Source of the DNA: Malacoraja senta
Taxonomy: Eukaryota
Direction of reading: 5' to 3'
Assembly (NCBI GenBank): GCA_038087875.1
Contig: CM075977.1
Span: 163,804,001-163,868,000 of the forward strand
DNA length: 64,000 bases
Within the stretch, counting starts at the first letter, position 1, and each line of letters begins with the position of its first letter. Shown here one piece after another: positions 36,003 to 48,936 of the stretch. The notes under the pieces are model-generated. The model made no database searches and had not been told where the DNA came from. It saw nothing but the letters and a program-made list of their open reading frames with translations. The position numbers and the translations under genes were made by a program.

Positions 36003-38913
36003 CACAAAATTGTGAACCTTCTTCTAAACAGACATCACGAGGCAAAGGCACTCTCATATCAATTGCTCCTATTCCTACAAGATGCGAATGGAGTGGATCC
36101 TCCGATATATTTTAAGCAGACATGCAATAGGATCGTGATGGTCTTAACACACCGTTAAGGGAATAAATGTATGTAATAGAGTGGGGGAGAAAATAACTGG
36201 TGGCAACTATGGACTGCTGGTTGTGCTTAAAGCTTAGTCAGTGGGGACCTGAATGCTAATTCCTGTTTCACTGCGCTCTTCACCCTCCACACTCTTTGCT
36301 TCTTCCTGGACATTTAATTTCTCTTTCTACGAGCGGTTGCTGCTGAGACGGATCTGAAGCCAACAGATTTCTATTATTGCTCAGGGTCTGGTGGGAAGAA
36401 GTTAGCGGTGGCGAGGAAATGGGAAAGTGGAGCGTGTTCAGAGTTTGTGGTGGAACAAATTATTCCTCCTTGTAGTTAGAACGTGAAACCTTGGCTAAAA
36501 ACATGTCCGAATTTCGCCCACACAGCAGACGATAGCTTTCAGTTAATTGTTAAATTAATTAGTAAATGACAGACTTCCTCTATTCGTGTCAAATTTATTA
36601 AGATTTATAACTCAAATGGAGCCGTTAGCAAATGTAAGCGTTGTAGTGGTCCGTTAATTTATTCCAGCGCCTGCCTATATCAACTCACCAAAATTTCATA
36701 ACTTACACATAAGAAACGTTCTGCCTTGATCTGCAACCTGGTCTAGAAAGTGTATCATTATTCTCTTGGTCAACTTTCAACTTGGTAAGGGAGTCAAATC
36801 AACTGCACGTCAATAGGTGCGTTGGAAATTGTGCAAGAACAAAAGCAAAAAGGGGGATGCACAGTACAATGAGAACCGCGATCCGGTTTAATCCAAGGAG
36901 AAAGACCTGATTTATCCAAGTTTGATTAACTATCGCAGGTGGCCTGGTTCCAACCGTAGCATCAACTCCACGGAGCTTTCCAGATCCCAGAGCCGCCAAA
37001 AACAACTGGCGTAGATTTCTCCAACATTTCGTTTAAATTATCTGATTATTGGCCACATTACGATTTTGTAATATTGTACTTTAAAATCGAAACTCGTTTT
37101 CGGATTTCCAAAGAGTCAATTATTTTTTAGGACAATATTTTCTCACCGGGACCTGTGATAAATCATTCACTCTTGTCCTGGCCGAACAAAATCAATGGGA
37201 GCCCGCAGTTTTCAAATCCCACCAAAATACAATGGAGCTCGTGCAAATGCAAAGGGAAGTAAGAATCAAGGTGCGAAAGTTAAAACAAAGTTTCCAATGA
37301 TCACTGACCCGGGCTATGGCAGGGCATCAATTAAAAAAAAGAGGTCCATCGCCCGCTTGTGCTTTGATAAATTGACCTGACTTGGGTAATGACGTCCCAT
37401 CTGTACCCCAGGCCCAGCGTTTCTGCACAAGCAATTGCTATTTCCAATCGTGGTAATATAAGATAATAGAAGGATTTAATCTGTTCAAAACCCACCATCT
37501 TACACAATATCTGCAATAATATTTTTCCATTATAGTATGTGATGGTTACCTCTCTCACCCCACAGTACAAACGGTGGAACTAGATGAATATTATTCCCTA
37601 ACATTAATAGTTTAGCAAATAATTAATAAAGGAACTTCTTACTTTAACAAGAAATTGACGATTTATTTTACAAAACGCAACATCATCAAAATATATGAAA
37701 TATGAAGGCAAATACATTTAATTAGCCCGAATGTAAGGAACAATGCACGGTGTTTTGCTGAATTCGCTTTTTAGCTCGAATTTGTGTGTTTGTTTTTCCT
37801 CTGTGTAAATAAGTAATGTTTGTTGGTTTCATGGCGGGGTGAGAGATGCATGTCCTGGAGCCGATGTGAGCAGATGTCCATGATTGTGGATGTTCGCATA
37901 CCACCAGCCATAATTTATTTTTGCTGTATATATCGAGGCAAAAAGCCTTGTTGGAAATGTTCGGCTCTATGTATGGGTATGATATTAGATGTTTATGTAT
38001 CCTCCTGCACCTGGATTCGACGCCCTCCTCTTTTGTACCAGGCAGCATGAATGCGAGTCCGTCTAAATACTGCCAGGGGCCAGGGTTGCGGTTTGAAGTG
38101 AGAGAGTAGGATGAGGGGGTAGAATGTGCTCTCGCTGTCACCCTGAAGAGTCTCTGTTTAAAAAAAAAAGTAACAGCAGACACTGACACTGAACAGCAGC
38201 CGTGTGTGTAATCACTGCCCTGCACATTAATGTGTTAACTGTGTCTATGCGTTTCCTAGGCATTTCTAATATTTATCTTTGTACCTACCAGCTATTTACT
38301 GTCTGTTCGGAGGGTTGACATATATTAAAGGATTATTTTGCTTTCTTATAACCTAGGGATTTCTTCTGTATTATGCATGGCTTTTACTTGCTGGGGTTTT
38401 GGCGAATCGTTTCCTGCTATTCTCTGATATCTGATTCTCTTAATTTAAGGATTACCTTGTTGTTATATCCTTTCTGATGGATTACCTGCAGGAAAGGCTT
38501 TGTCTGCGATATGTCGCTCTTGGATTATTTCTGCTTCTTATATCTGTAATGTTAGGTTTGAATTACTTCTGATTCTCTTGCCTCTAACCCTATTTCTCAT
38601 TATTACTTTCTAACCCATCAGATTGTTTCTATTATTACTATTCCACTGAACGCATTGCCCGATGATGAACGTCTTCATCCTTGCACTATAATTTCTAATT
38701 TATTTAGGGTTTTCGCTTCCCGCTCGGAATTCGGCTTTGCACACCAATGTATCATTTCTATCCATTTCCAAATTCACACTCTATTCGGATCATTTTTCAG
38801 GGTTGACTTTACTCTAAAATGAAATTGTTGCAGAGCTGTAAATATCAGTTTGGACCCCATTTGGTTCCAGGCAGATACCATGTTTGACATTTTTCTTTCC
38901 TCTTGGTTCTTAC

Positions 38914-39079
38914 CTGCCCAGTATCTTGCTAACGCAGCCGTGGCTCACTCTGAGCTGTCTGGAGATATCACAGGGTCTCACTCCTTGGTGGGCCAGTTCC
39001 ACAATTCGCTGCCGGACAACATCTGGGAGAGGGCGGCCATTCACAAACACACCCCCAAGCTGATTCACCCCGCCATGCC
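38914..39079 (-). CDS. pax5: Pax5 exon 2 (paired domain, PAI subdomain)
   Basis: tatacag|GGCATGGC...GGCAG|gtaaga. 166 nt, the known PAX5 exon 2 length. Encodes [55 protein letters not shown]. Confidence 0.98.
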
Positions 39080-41458
39080 CTGTATACGATGCACAAAACA
39101 GAGAGAGAAAGAAAAGAAACACTGCAGCTATACGGTAGGCACTCTGTCTCCCCCCGGCAGAATTATCGGCAATGTAAGGGCCAGCAAAAAATATAGGGAG
39201 AGGATTTCAGAACCCCTTGCTTTACACGGTCGGCGCAAGATACGATTGGGATGGGGTGGGGGCCGAGTCGGGTGGTCAACGGTTTTGGAATATAAGACAT
39301 GGGCTCGAGAAGTTAGGAGACGTTCGGTGGGGTGAGCAACCCGCGGCATTTAGTTAAGAAGGGGAACAGTTCCAGGGAGGCAAGGACACGGCAGCTTTCT
39401 GGGACACCCCTCAGATCACGTCCACTCGCTCTCAACCAACAACTGCCCCTCAGGTACACTCCATTGGATTATAAATGTAATTAAATATAGGCCAAGACTA
39501 TGTACAGTTACTGTTGGCAGCTTTGAATACGCACAGGAAGGATCATTGATGTGTGGCTGAGAAACGCGAGATGTTCACTGAAAGTGAAAATGACCCACTG
39601 AATTCGGAACAGAAAACGCGCCCCTTTCGATGAAACTTCAGCTTCCTGTGGCTCGGAGATCTGTGGACAGATATTAGTCCCGATCACAGTCTTCTGGGAA
39701 CAAGACATGTTCCATTTGAGTAATCGGTTGCAGAATTGTGAACGGTTGGATTCGCTCAGCGAATGTAACCGAATATTTAATATTTACCTTTGGGTTAGAG
39801 AGGTGGCTCACAGTACTTTTTATCCTCAGGCAATAGAACATTTCTGCTGCTTTGTAGAATGGGAAATGAAATGATAAATTCTGATTCGGGATGATATTTT
39901 TTTTTAAACTATATTCCAATATGGATTCAAAGGAATTAAAGTACGTCCCTAACTGGTAATAAATGAAAATCGGCAACAAAATTGTTTTCGGGAAAACTTG
40001 GAGTGTTTGACATAAATCCTCCCATATAAACCTCAGGGATTGTTTTTATTAGTCTGTGTCACAGCCGGAGGGAAGGAAAGTTATAACAAGAATAGATTGA
40101 TACCTGCAGCAGAGGGGTAATCTACACCGGGAGGTTCTTAGTCTCTTTCGTTGCTACCTTTACTGGATTTAGCACTAAATGAAATTAACGCTTTGCTAAT
40201 GAGTCAAAAATATGTATTACTTCCGTTTCGTTTTCAGTGAAATGGTACCTCAACTCAGTCTCTGGAACAGAAAAATTTCCACTTCCAAATTCGCAGATTT
40301 CTTTTTTTTCAAAAAATAATCATCCGATAGCACTCCGGATCGGAAAATTCCCTGTCAGTTCCTAGCTTGTGCCTAAGATTAACGCTTATTTTAAAACAGC
40401 ATACAATGAAGCTGTAGTTACTTCATATTGCGAACGGACCGGATTAAATATATAATTCAGTCTTGAAAGATTAACACTGAATATGATTCAAAAATACACG
40501 ACTTCGCTAACAAGATCTCTTCCTAAAAATCAATAATATTTGTTTCGATCTTTAAAGTTAGTGTATGCTCAGTTGCTCCACATCACTATGTTGTAACAAT
40601 TTTAAATCGATATATTTTGTTTTGTCGTCTGAGATATAAACTCAACCCTCTTTTACACTATGTAAACCTGGCCAGAGGTGGCATTCCTAAAGTAGGTCTA
40701 GATAGACCCTGGTACAATATGATTAGTTCGAGTTGATAAAGCATCTGTTTACAAGCTGTAGGTATAATAACACTTAACACACCGTGATAGGATGTGTCAT
40801 TTCATATAACATCGACCAAATGGACAAGTCCCAGCCAACTCTGTCAACCAAAACAAACGTGCTGGAGATTTCGGTGTCGCCCAACTCCATCAATGAAGAT
40901 TTCACTATTTTATCTCAGCTTATTATTCGCCACATACAACAGTAAACGTAATTTAGATAATGCGGAACGAAACCGTTAGGCGTCGAACCTATTTATTGCC
41001 TTGGTTAATACTCTTTTACAACTTACTGGCAACTAAATCATTTCATTTGTTTCAGGAATGTTAATTATCTTCTACTAAAGCCACTGACGTTCACGATAAA
41101 CATTGTTCATCACAAAAAGCAACAATGCCGTGTCTTATTTGAGTAAAGGTATATATAATTAAGATAATATTATAATTGGGTCCTCGAATGTTGCTGTTTT
41201 CTATTTAATTATGAGAATTAAAGAAATCGATTAATTAACTCGCTTTTAATTCGGAAAATCAGGAATGATAGTAAAATTAGACGTGCACGTGTGAGTCGGT
41301 TGTGATTTTCAGCAAAGCACGTTCCCTTTCAAGGACTTCGCGCTGCTCCGGGTCCAGGGACATCTGAACATCGGTCTATGAAACCGAGTGCTCCAGCACT
41401 CCTCACACACTCCCACCAGGAACCGCCACACGAGCCGGGGAAGGAGCTGCCTACTTAC

Positions 41459-41501
41459 TATGCATTGCTGCAAACGGGTCGTGCTTACAGTGGATTTCCA
41501 T
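41459..41501 (-). CDS. pax5: Pax5 alternative first exon 1B, coding part (MEIHCKHDPFAAMH + R)
   Basis: ATGGAAATCCACTGTAAGCACGACCCGTTTGCAGCAATGCATA|gtaagt. 43 nt, phase 1, nearly identical to mammalian Pax5 1B MEIHCKHDPFASMHR. Confidence 0.95.
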
Positions 41502-41899
41502 GAAAAGGCGCAGCCGGTCTTCAACTCCGAGAAAACCTCGATTTTCTGGTCTGGATTTAACCCCTTCACCTATACTCCCAAAACAAAAGAGGGTGAGCAG
41601 CGCCCCACGCAAACCCAGAAGAAGATCTCGATCCCAGCCACTAAATTGTAGGTTTTACAGCTTTGTGATCCTCAAGGTTTCAGACGGATTGTGCAAGAAA
41701 CGTGAAAGTTAAGTTTGTCAGATGCAATGCAATGCCCCCAAAAATGAATCCAATTGCTGCTCAGTGACAGCAGTGAATTTTAACTTCGAAATCGTTCACA
41801 CCCGGAAAAAAATCCTTTTAAAATTCCAGCTTCTCTTTTTTGGCGTTTTCCTGTGCAATTTGTCCGCTGTGTGTATGAAGGCGGGTTCCTGTTTCCCCG

Positions 41900-42220
41900 G
41901 AGTGCGCTGGCCCCCTGCTCTGTATTCAGTCGCGCTCAGTCTCCTCCATAGTGTTTAAATGTGGCTGAGCCCACAGTGATTCGGCGCTGATTCGCCCGAG
42001 GCTCAGCCCTGTGGGGATGGCGCACAGCCCCGGCCGCTGCCAATCACATCATCACCAGCCACTCAAGCACCCTTCGCCGCTCCCATCCACCAATAGCACC
42101 AACCATCCCAACGTCGTGGCCAATCTCCGTGAGGGCTGCTCATTCATTCACCAATAACCCTCATCCCCATCTGCGAAACTGGACCAATGGTATCGACTTC
42201 ATTTTCAACGTTCACCAATT
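41900..42220 (-). promoter_or_regulatory. pax5: Putative exon 1B promoter (CpG-rich, CCAAT array)
   Basis: GC/CpG-rich block ~400-700 bp upstream of the 1B ATG. Six CCAAT boxes at 42040, 42090, 42120, 42151, 42184 and 42215; TTTAAA at 41954-41959. Confidence 0.65.
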
Positions 42221-45200
42221 ATCTGCTAGTTGTATCGATACACGAGGCGGTCGTTTTAATAACTGGTTATCTCATACTGTATTCCGATTGGGCCCTTTTG
42301 TTAAACCCTAGAGGAGCGTCTCTCTATTAAAGGGAATTCATTCAGATGTCCAAAGCGGAATCTAATTTTTCATTTGAATAATTTTAGACAATTATATGCC
42401 ACCGCAAATCCTTTTTGCTTCTTTTTTGTTTATATACATAAGTCGTTCATTTCTATTCTAAGTTAAGGAGTCTGTAAAATGTCCGTGCCTGAATTCAGTG
42501 CTAATACCAGTTAAGAAAGCAATGTAAAAGTTGAACGATATTAGCTGGATTAATAAAATTGCGTTACGACAAATTTAAGATATTATTGGAAAATTGCTTC
42601 CACCATTATTCTGAGAAAGAACTAACTGAAATACTCCTAACAGTAAAGCGTCGATTTGTATGTCAATTTATATTGTCGAGATGGGATCTTAAGTATTTTG
42701 TTTTAATCTCTGACACTGTATAATAAATCTTTTGGAAATCTTTAGTCAAACTATCATTGCTTAGGCAGTTAACAGGTGTCCTGTATTTATAAAATGCTAC
42801 CCGTCCACTTTTCCTGCTGTGTTATTTGTGTGGAATGTACCGAAAATGTATTAATAATTTCCTGAACATTTATTGAACATAACATATTTGTTATATTGAT
42901 GGTACTTCGGGAAACGTCAATTCTGAAGTCTGAGAATTTATGAAAAAATCACTCCATGACGAATTAATGTAGTTCCATTTCCATATTAAAAAATACACTA
43001 TTTTAATAGTCAGTCACGCAGACTTGGTTGTAATCGTGGTTAGCACTACTCCGAAGGGCCATTTTATTGTTGAATATATACCTGCAGCTTGAGACCACCT
43101 GCGAACTGACATTTTTTCTGCACGTGCACTTGCAAACATGCACATCTGTATTTATACGCAGGGATTAATGCAGTAGTTATATTTGCACACTCGTTTGCAC
43201 TTATTTACACAGCGTGCGTACTTTTTTAATTTCTGGGTACCATGCTTTATTTGTATTGGAGCTGTTAGATAATTTCTGGACGATTTTGTTTTAATCAATT
43301 ACCGTAAATTACCGCGATTGTGTCCTAAAATTATTCTATCTGTGAATTCTACTTTTCAAATAAACAACAGCAGCAATTCATCAATGCATAGAAAGTGTAA
43401 TATGTATAATTCTATCCGGCTGTTAAAATTATAGCAAAAAAAGTCGCTTTGCTATTTTAAAATCAAGATCGTCAAAAGATATTTTAAAGGGTTTCAAAGT
43501 AAAAGACAATGAATAAAAACATATTGACAACATATTGAAATTTCAAACCAGAAGATAATCTACATTTGGCTTGCCATTAACCATAGTTGTAACTTACGCC
43601 CCTCATCAGACGACGGCTGCAGAATCGAGGTTATACTCTCTACTGATATGTTACTGATTGATCCGCAATTCTTTATATTTTATAAATACGCTAAAATATG
43701 AATGCAAGAAAAAGAAAAAAAGTCACCTTGACTAGCCGCGACCTCCTTGATACCTTTTTTTTATTCAAATACTTTCACAATTCTAAGGTACCTGAGTAAT
43801 CATAAAATTAAATCCAAATGTAGTTAAAATCCAGGTTACTATGACGCATTATAGGAGCAGAGTTGGCAGGGGAAAGGCTGAATTTCTTGAGGTATTGGAA
43901 ACTTTCAATTGAACTACTGGAACACAGTACATTTTCGAGGCTGGGTGTTACTGAACTGAAGAAAAGTAAAAACCAGACCAAACCAAAACCTTCAAATCTG
44001 AATAAAATGACTCTTGTGAGACATTGCAACCCACTTGCAGGATTAAATATATTTTCCTTGATCTAGTTTGGCGTTCCTGAGCCCAAATCCTGAATAATTT
44101 TAATATTCTGGTGGCGACCTTCGCCCATTTTAGTACTTTCGCTGAAGCAGTATGTTTAGTTATCACCTGCGGCTGTGCCTAAATGATTTTCAACTTTGTT
44201 TTCACATCAGCAAGCTTGCAGTTTCTTCTCTAACAGCAATCTAGCGTCAAACGCAAAGCGTTAGTGAACACAGTAAATAATTCGACAGTCATTTTTAACG
44301 TGAACTCTTCTGAAGTTATCTTTTTCAAAGGATTGTAAGCATGAATACAAGTAAATGTAAGCCTTTAATCGAGGCCTTGCTACCAAGCTAGTTTTCAAAC
44401 GGATCCGAGTGGGTCTACTAAAAGGCATTCTTTTCTCCATTTTTGTGTCTTTTTTTTCGGCAGACCTTCATGCAAGGTATTGCAGAAAGAACCCCATTCC
44501 TCTCTAAATCGTGAAACGCCTTCGTGTCCCACAGACATTTAATGATACCACCATCCAAGTAAAGCGGTAATGGCCTTCAAAAAATCCACGTGGTATCAAA
44601 TACAAACAAGTAGAGATGAGCTTTTCTATTTCAGTTGCATTGGCCGCTCGTCTTCCTGCAGCTGTGAAGCCCTCAGGCTCAAGTTGTGTACACATTTCAG
44701 CCCCACGCTCAAACTCCTTGGCCAACAGGTGCAGGGAGAGAAAGCGGCAGGATGGAGAGATTTGTCGCTTGAATGCCTTTGGATCGAGCTAAAGTCTCCA
44801 TCCACAGGTCCAGAATGCGTGAGATTCAATGGGAGGATCACTCTCACTACTCAAATACCTTATTTGGATCCTGTGATGGTCCTGGAGCAGGGCCGAGAGG
44901 TCTCAGCCTGTCTGCGCGGATCGCGGGATGAAATTATATAATTGGTAGGACACACTACATTATGAGTTATTATATTTTGCCATTTATAACACCCACTTGG
45001 AATAGGCAATGTGAGTATATTGTATTATTAGTAATCTCCGCCGTATCTCAGCATGAGTGAGTACAGCTATGAACATTGCTATACTTCCCGAACTATTTAC
45101 AGATAGAATTCCCATTCTATAAAGCAAAAACAATCGAACTTTTCTCCATCACACTAGGCGTTTTCAAGTGTTGGAAAACATCTGAAGATTCTTTTTTAAT

Positions 45201-46208
45201 CCCTAAAATTGTCGGTTTCAATTGTTTGAGCTCTGTATGCATTTAAGCAAATCATTTGAGCTCTCTAAACTTCACAATTGTCATTGACTAACACCGTTAT
45301 ATAATTTGTGATTTCTGACATTAAATATCTTGAATAATAGCCTACGGGTGTTGGATCACTGCTGGCAAAATCTCAAAGAGCAATAGAGTAATTTTATTTT
45401 TACGGGTTCAAATCTATCCCTTCAGGAGAGGCTGGTGTTCATATCGGAAGTATGTTGGGTAAATGCTTCGCATAATTTTCCGAGCATGAACATTGACTTT
45501 CATGTTCCAAATATCTTGCAGAAAATTGAATATGTCCAAGAAAATTTAATTCTAAAAATCATGGAAATAGCAGCAAACAACCCTTTCTGCCTCGGTTTTG
45601 TTGTTGCTGGACACGCACAAGCAACGGCAGCATAGAGGGGAGGGGACTACCCCTTTGTGCTGCGGGAGGCCATATAACCCTCATGCAGCGGATTTAGTGT
45701 CCCCCCGTGTCGGCACTGGATACTCATCACGGAAGATAGATAGACCAGACGGGAGTTGGCAGAATATACAGTCAATGGTGTCAATAAGAAAGCATTACAG
45801 TCTGTAAATAAACGTGCATGGAGTCTAGGATTGGTTCTGATTGTCAAAGGTCAGAGCATGAACGCTTGTTAACATTTTCAATGATTTGGGGAAGTTGAGT
45901 TTTTACTTATTTTATGGGTGATGGTGGCAATACTGAATTTGTTTCCCATCCAGAATAGCAGGTTGGATTACTGAGCAACTTCGCAATGCAGTTCAGAACT
46001 AAACTCCCGGTTGACAGGGTTCTGGGGTCGTACGTGAAAGCGGGTAGCTTCCATCCTTAGAAGAACAATAATGAACCAATTGTAATTGATGACAATGAAC
46101 TGTTATTGAACACTTCTATTATTTTTATATGGAGAGATTTAAAACAATCTATTTTAAAAGCCATATTAAAATATCAGTTCCGCTGGTCCCAGCCACGTAT
46201 GTCTAGAT

Positions 46209-46427
46209 CAGGGGTTCCCAACCCTTTTCGTCCCGTTTAACCCTGGCAACTTTAATAGCACATAACAATGTAATTTCACTTATTTATGAACAACTAATGA
46301 TGAACAGATACCGATATGCCAGAACCAAATACAGTCAGTCAATGAGAAAAAATATGTACAAATCCAGAATCAACAAATTTACCCCCTGTGTAGGCGAAAT
46401 TTACCCCCCTCAGGTTGGGAACCGTTG
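46209..46427. mobile_element. hAT (Charlie-type) MITE
   Basis: TIRs CAGGGGTTCCCAACC / GGTTGGGAACCGTTG. Perfect 8-bp TSD GTCTAGAT at 46201-46208 and 46428-46435, the NTCTAGAN target typical of Charlie elements. Confidence 0.9.
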
Positions 46428-47367
46428 GTCTAGATCATTGAATTGCAAGGTCAATAAGTTATAGCATTAGAATAGGAGTAGGCCATTGGGTTGTTCAATA
46501 CGACCATGGCTGTTAGTCTGCTACAATGCAATATTCCCGCTCTCTTCTCATATCCTTTGATGCCTTTTGCGTCCGGCTGCTATCCCATCGCCCCACAAAC
46601 CCATGGCAAACAAAAAGCAAAATAAATAGAGGTGCTGAAAATCCACAACAGACCAAGACAGCATCTCCAGAGAGAGAAACGGGGTTAATATTATCAATTT
46701 AATGACTTGTAATATTAATATTATCAATTTAATGACGTCGTTGACCTGAAACGTTAACTCTGCTTTTTTCACCGCAGTGACTGCGTACCCTGACTGTTTC
46801 CAACATTACTGTATTTTGAACCCCTGACAATTCCAAACACTCATCTTCAAATACTGCATTCATATTGCGTCTTAGCGGGGTGTGTGGGGAACTGTTTGTG
46901 GTTTTAGCCCGGAAAAGCGGCTGTCAGGCTCAGACTCCAGCTCAACGAGGGGCTGTCAGATCAGTCTGCCTTCCCAACACCCCAAACAAGAGATGTTTTA
47001 TTCGACAATATGAACAACCTCGTTTGTGTAATGGATAGAAGTCAAATTGTGTGGTCAATTTGCATCTTCATTCTGTGGCAGTGGTAACCATGCGTATGCA
47101 TTGCCGGGTTAAAGGAGAAATCGGAAGAAACTGAGGTCATAAATATTGTATATTATAGAATCATCTTGAAGGTCGTGGTAGGCATGCTTAGTGGTAAAGT
47201 GTGGCATAAATTGGGAGTCAAGTTGGGCATCTAGTTCCAGAAGATACGAAAGCTAGAATTGTGCTCTTGGCTGTGACACATTAAGCACAGAGGAAGTATA
47301 ACTCTAGCCGAGTTATTTTCAAAACACTGTTCGTTTGGGATCATTTTGACTTCAGAAACTTTTCATT

Positions 47368-47444
47368 CAGACCCAAAAAGCTGGAGTAACAGCGGTACAG
47401 GCAGTATCTCTGGAGAGAAGGAATGGGTGACGTTTCGGGTCGAG
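47368..47444 (-). mobile_element. Penelope-terminus-derived insertion abutting an assembly gap
   Basis: GGAATGGGTGACGTTTCGGGTCGAG followed directly by Ns. Confidence 0.8.
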
Positions 47445-47589
47445 NNNNNNNNNNNNNNNNNNNNNNNNNNNNNNNNNNNNNNNNNNNNNNNNNNNNNNNN
47501 NNNNNNNNNNNNNNNNNNNNNNNNNNNNNNNNNNNNNNNNNNNNNNNNNNNNNNNNNNNNNNNNNNNNNNNNNNNNNNNNNNNNNNNNN
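47445..47589. other. Assembly gap (N run)
   Basis: Run of Ns. Confidence 1.
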
Positions 47590-48902
47590 AATATGAACTT
47601 CCTAAGAACAATCAGCCATATTCGTATCCAAACATCTATCTTAGTTGTTAAATGCACTTCGAGTAGCGTATATTACAACAGAGATCTGAAACAGTTCTGC
47701 AAGGATGATTCTCATGTAACTTTAACCTCAGATAAAATAACCATATTATAGGAATTTATGTGCGCAGAATATCTGAACGTTAACGAATGCATTCCACCCA
47801 TGTAGGAGAAGATCGTACACATCCTCCATGAAATGGGTCTTTGTCAACCTGATTCTACATTCCGGTGTACATGTGGCTCCAGAGTGTAACATACTTTAGA
47901 ATGAGGGGACGTCTATTGCGCCACTTCCGTTTTCAGTTAGGATGCACGGATCAAGAGAGGCCTCTCGACCTTTCCTTTTAAACTCCCGTGTAATCGCTCA
48001 CATTGGGGTAGGGGGCAGGGTGAGAGTGATGGGTGGAATACAGCGCTAATGCAAAGCCGTACATTGGAACCTTCAACAGAGGACACCGACACTCGCCAAC
48101 AAAAGTTTGTCACTTTCTCTTTCCCGGTACCACTTCCCCTCCCCATGTTTCCTCAGACATCTCTCTCTCTAGCCTTCGGCACAATTTTCACTAGTTTTCA
48201 ATTTACCTTCTGTTATTCCTGCATCAATTCAACATGCCCAGTTTGTCCCAAGTAGTTGTTTTAATTGCATTTGATTACTATTCTAGCAATGTCACGTCAT
48301 TTTCGGGGGATGGAATATCGGAGTACAAATCAATGGGTTCTAACACCTTCACTTAACGGTTTAAAGATTAGTGTCGCGAACAGTGGGATCAAAAGGATGT
48401 GTTGCTGTTATTAACTAATTAAAGGCGACTTTATTTTGATCGTTACACTTTGCATTGAGCCAATCAATAAACAAAAGTGAGTACTATGCGGAAGTAATAT
48501 ATAAAATTTCGGCAACTCTTCACAGAACTGACATAAATGTCAAGCGCTTGGTTTTACATGTTGCCTTCGAACATCAACACATTCCGACATATTAATACAA
48601 ACTTAATTTGAACACAGATAGTTTCAGTGATGCAATTCACATCCCAGGTCGAAAATGAATCCGACAGACCAATGTGAGCGAGCGAATCAAATAAATATGT
48701 CATTTCACTCCAAATTCTCCTGAACAGAAATATTTTCTGTAAATTTAAACGATCCTTTATTTTCGCCAACCGAACCCTAATTCAAAGTAGGGATTCAGTG
48801 ATTATTGTAACAGTTACGAAAACATTAACCCGCTTTAGTAATCAGAAAGTATTTGTAATTGAACTTTGCTGGTAGTCAGGTCGCTGTTGGGGAGGCTTTT
48901 CC

Positions 48903-48936
48903 TGTTGTTGTTGTTGTTGTTGTTATTATTATTATT
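48903..48936. repeat. Compound (GTT)n(ATT)n microsatellite
   Basis: Read directly from sequence. Confidence 0.9.

Noticed and set aside
37722-38225. 167-aa intronic ORF (and the 151-aa ORF at 60985-61440)
   Set aside because: No homology or exon signals; lengths are compatible with chance.
38850-39335. 161-aa plus-strand ORF
   Set aside because: Antisense shadow of paired-box exon 2.
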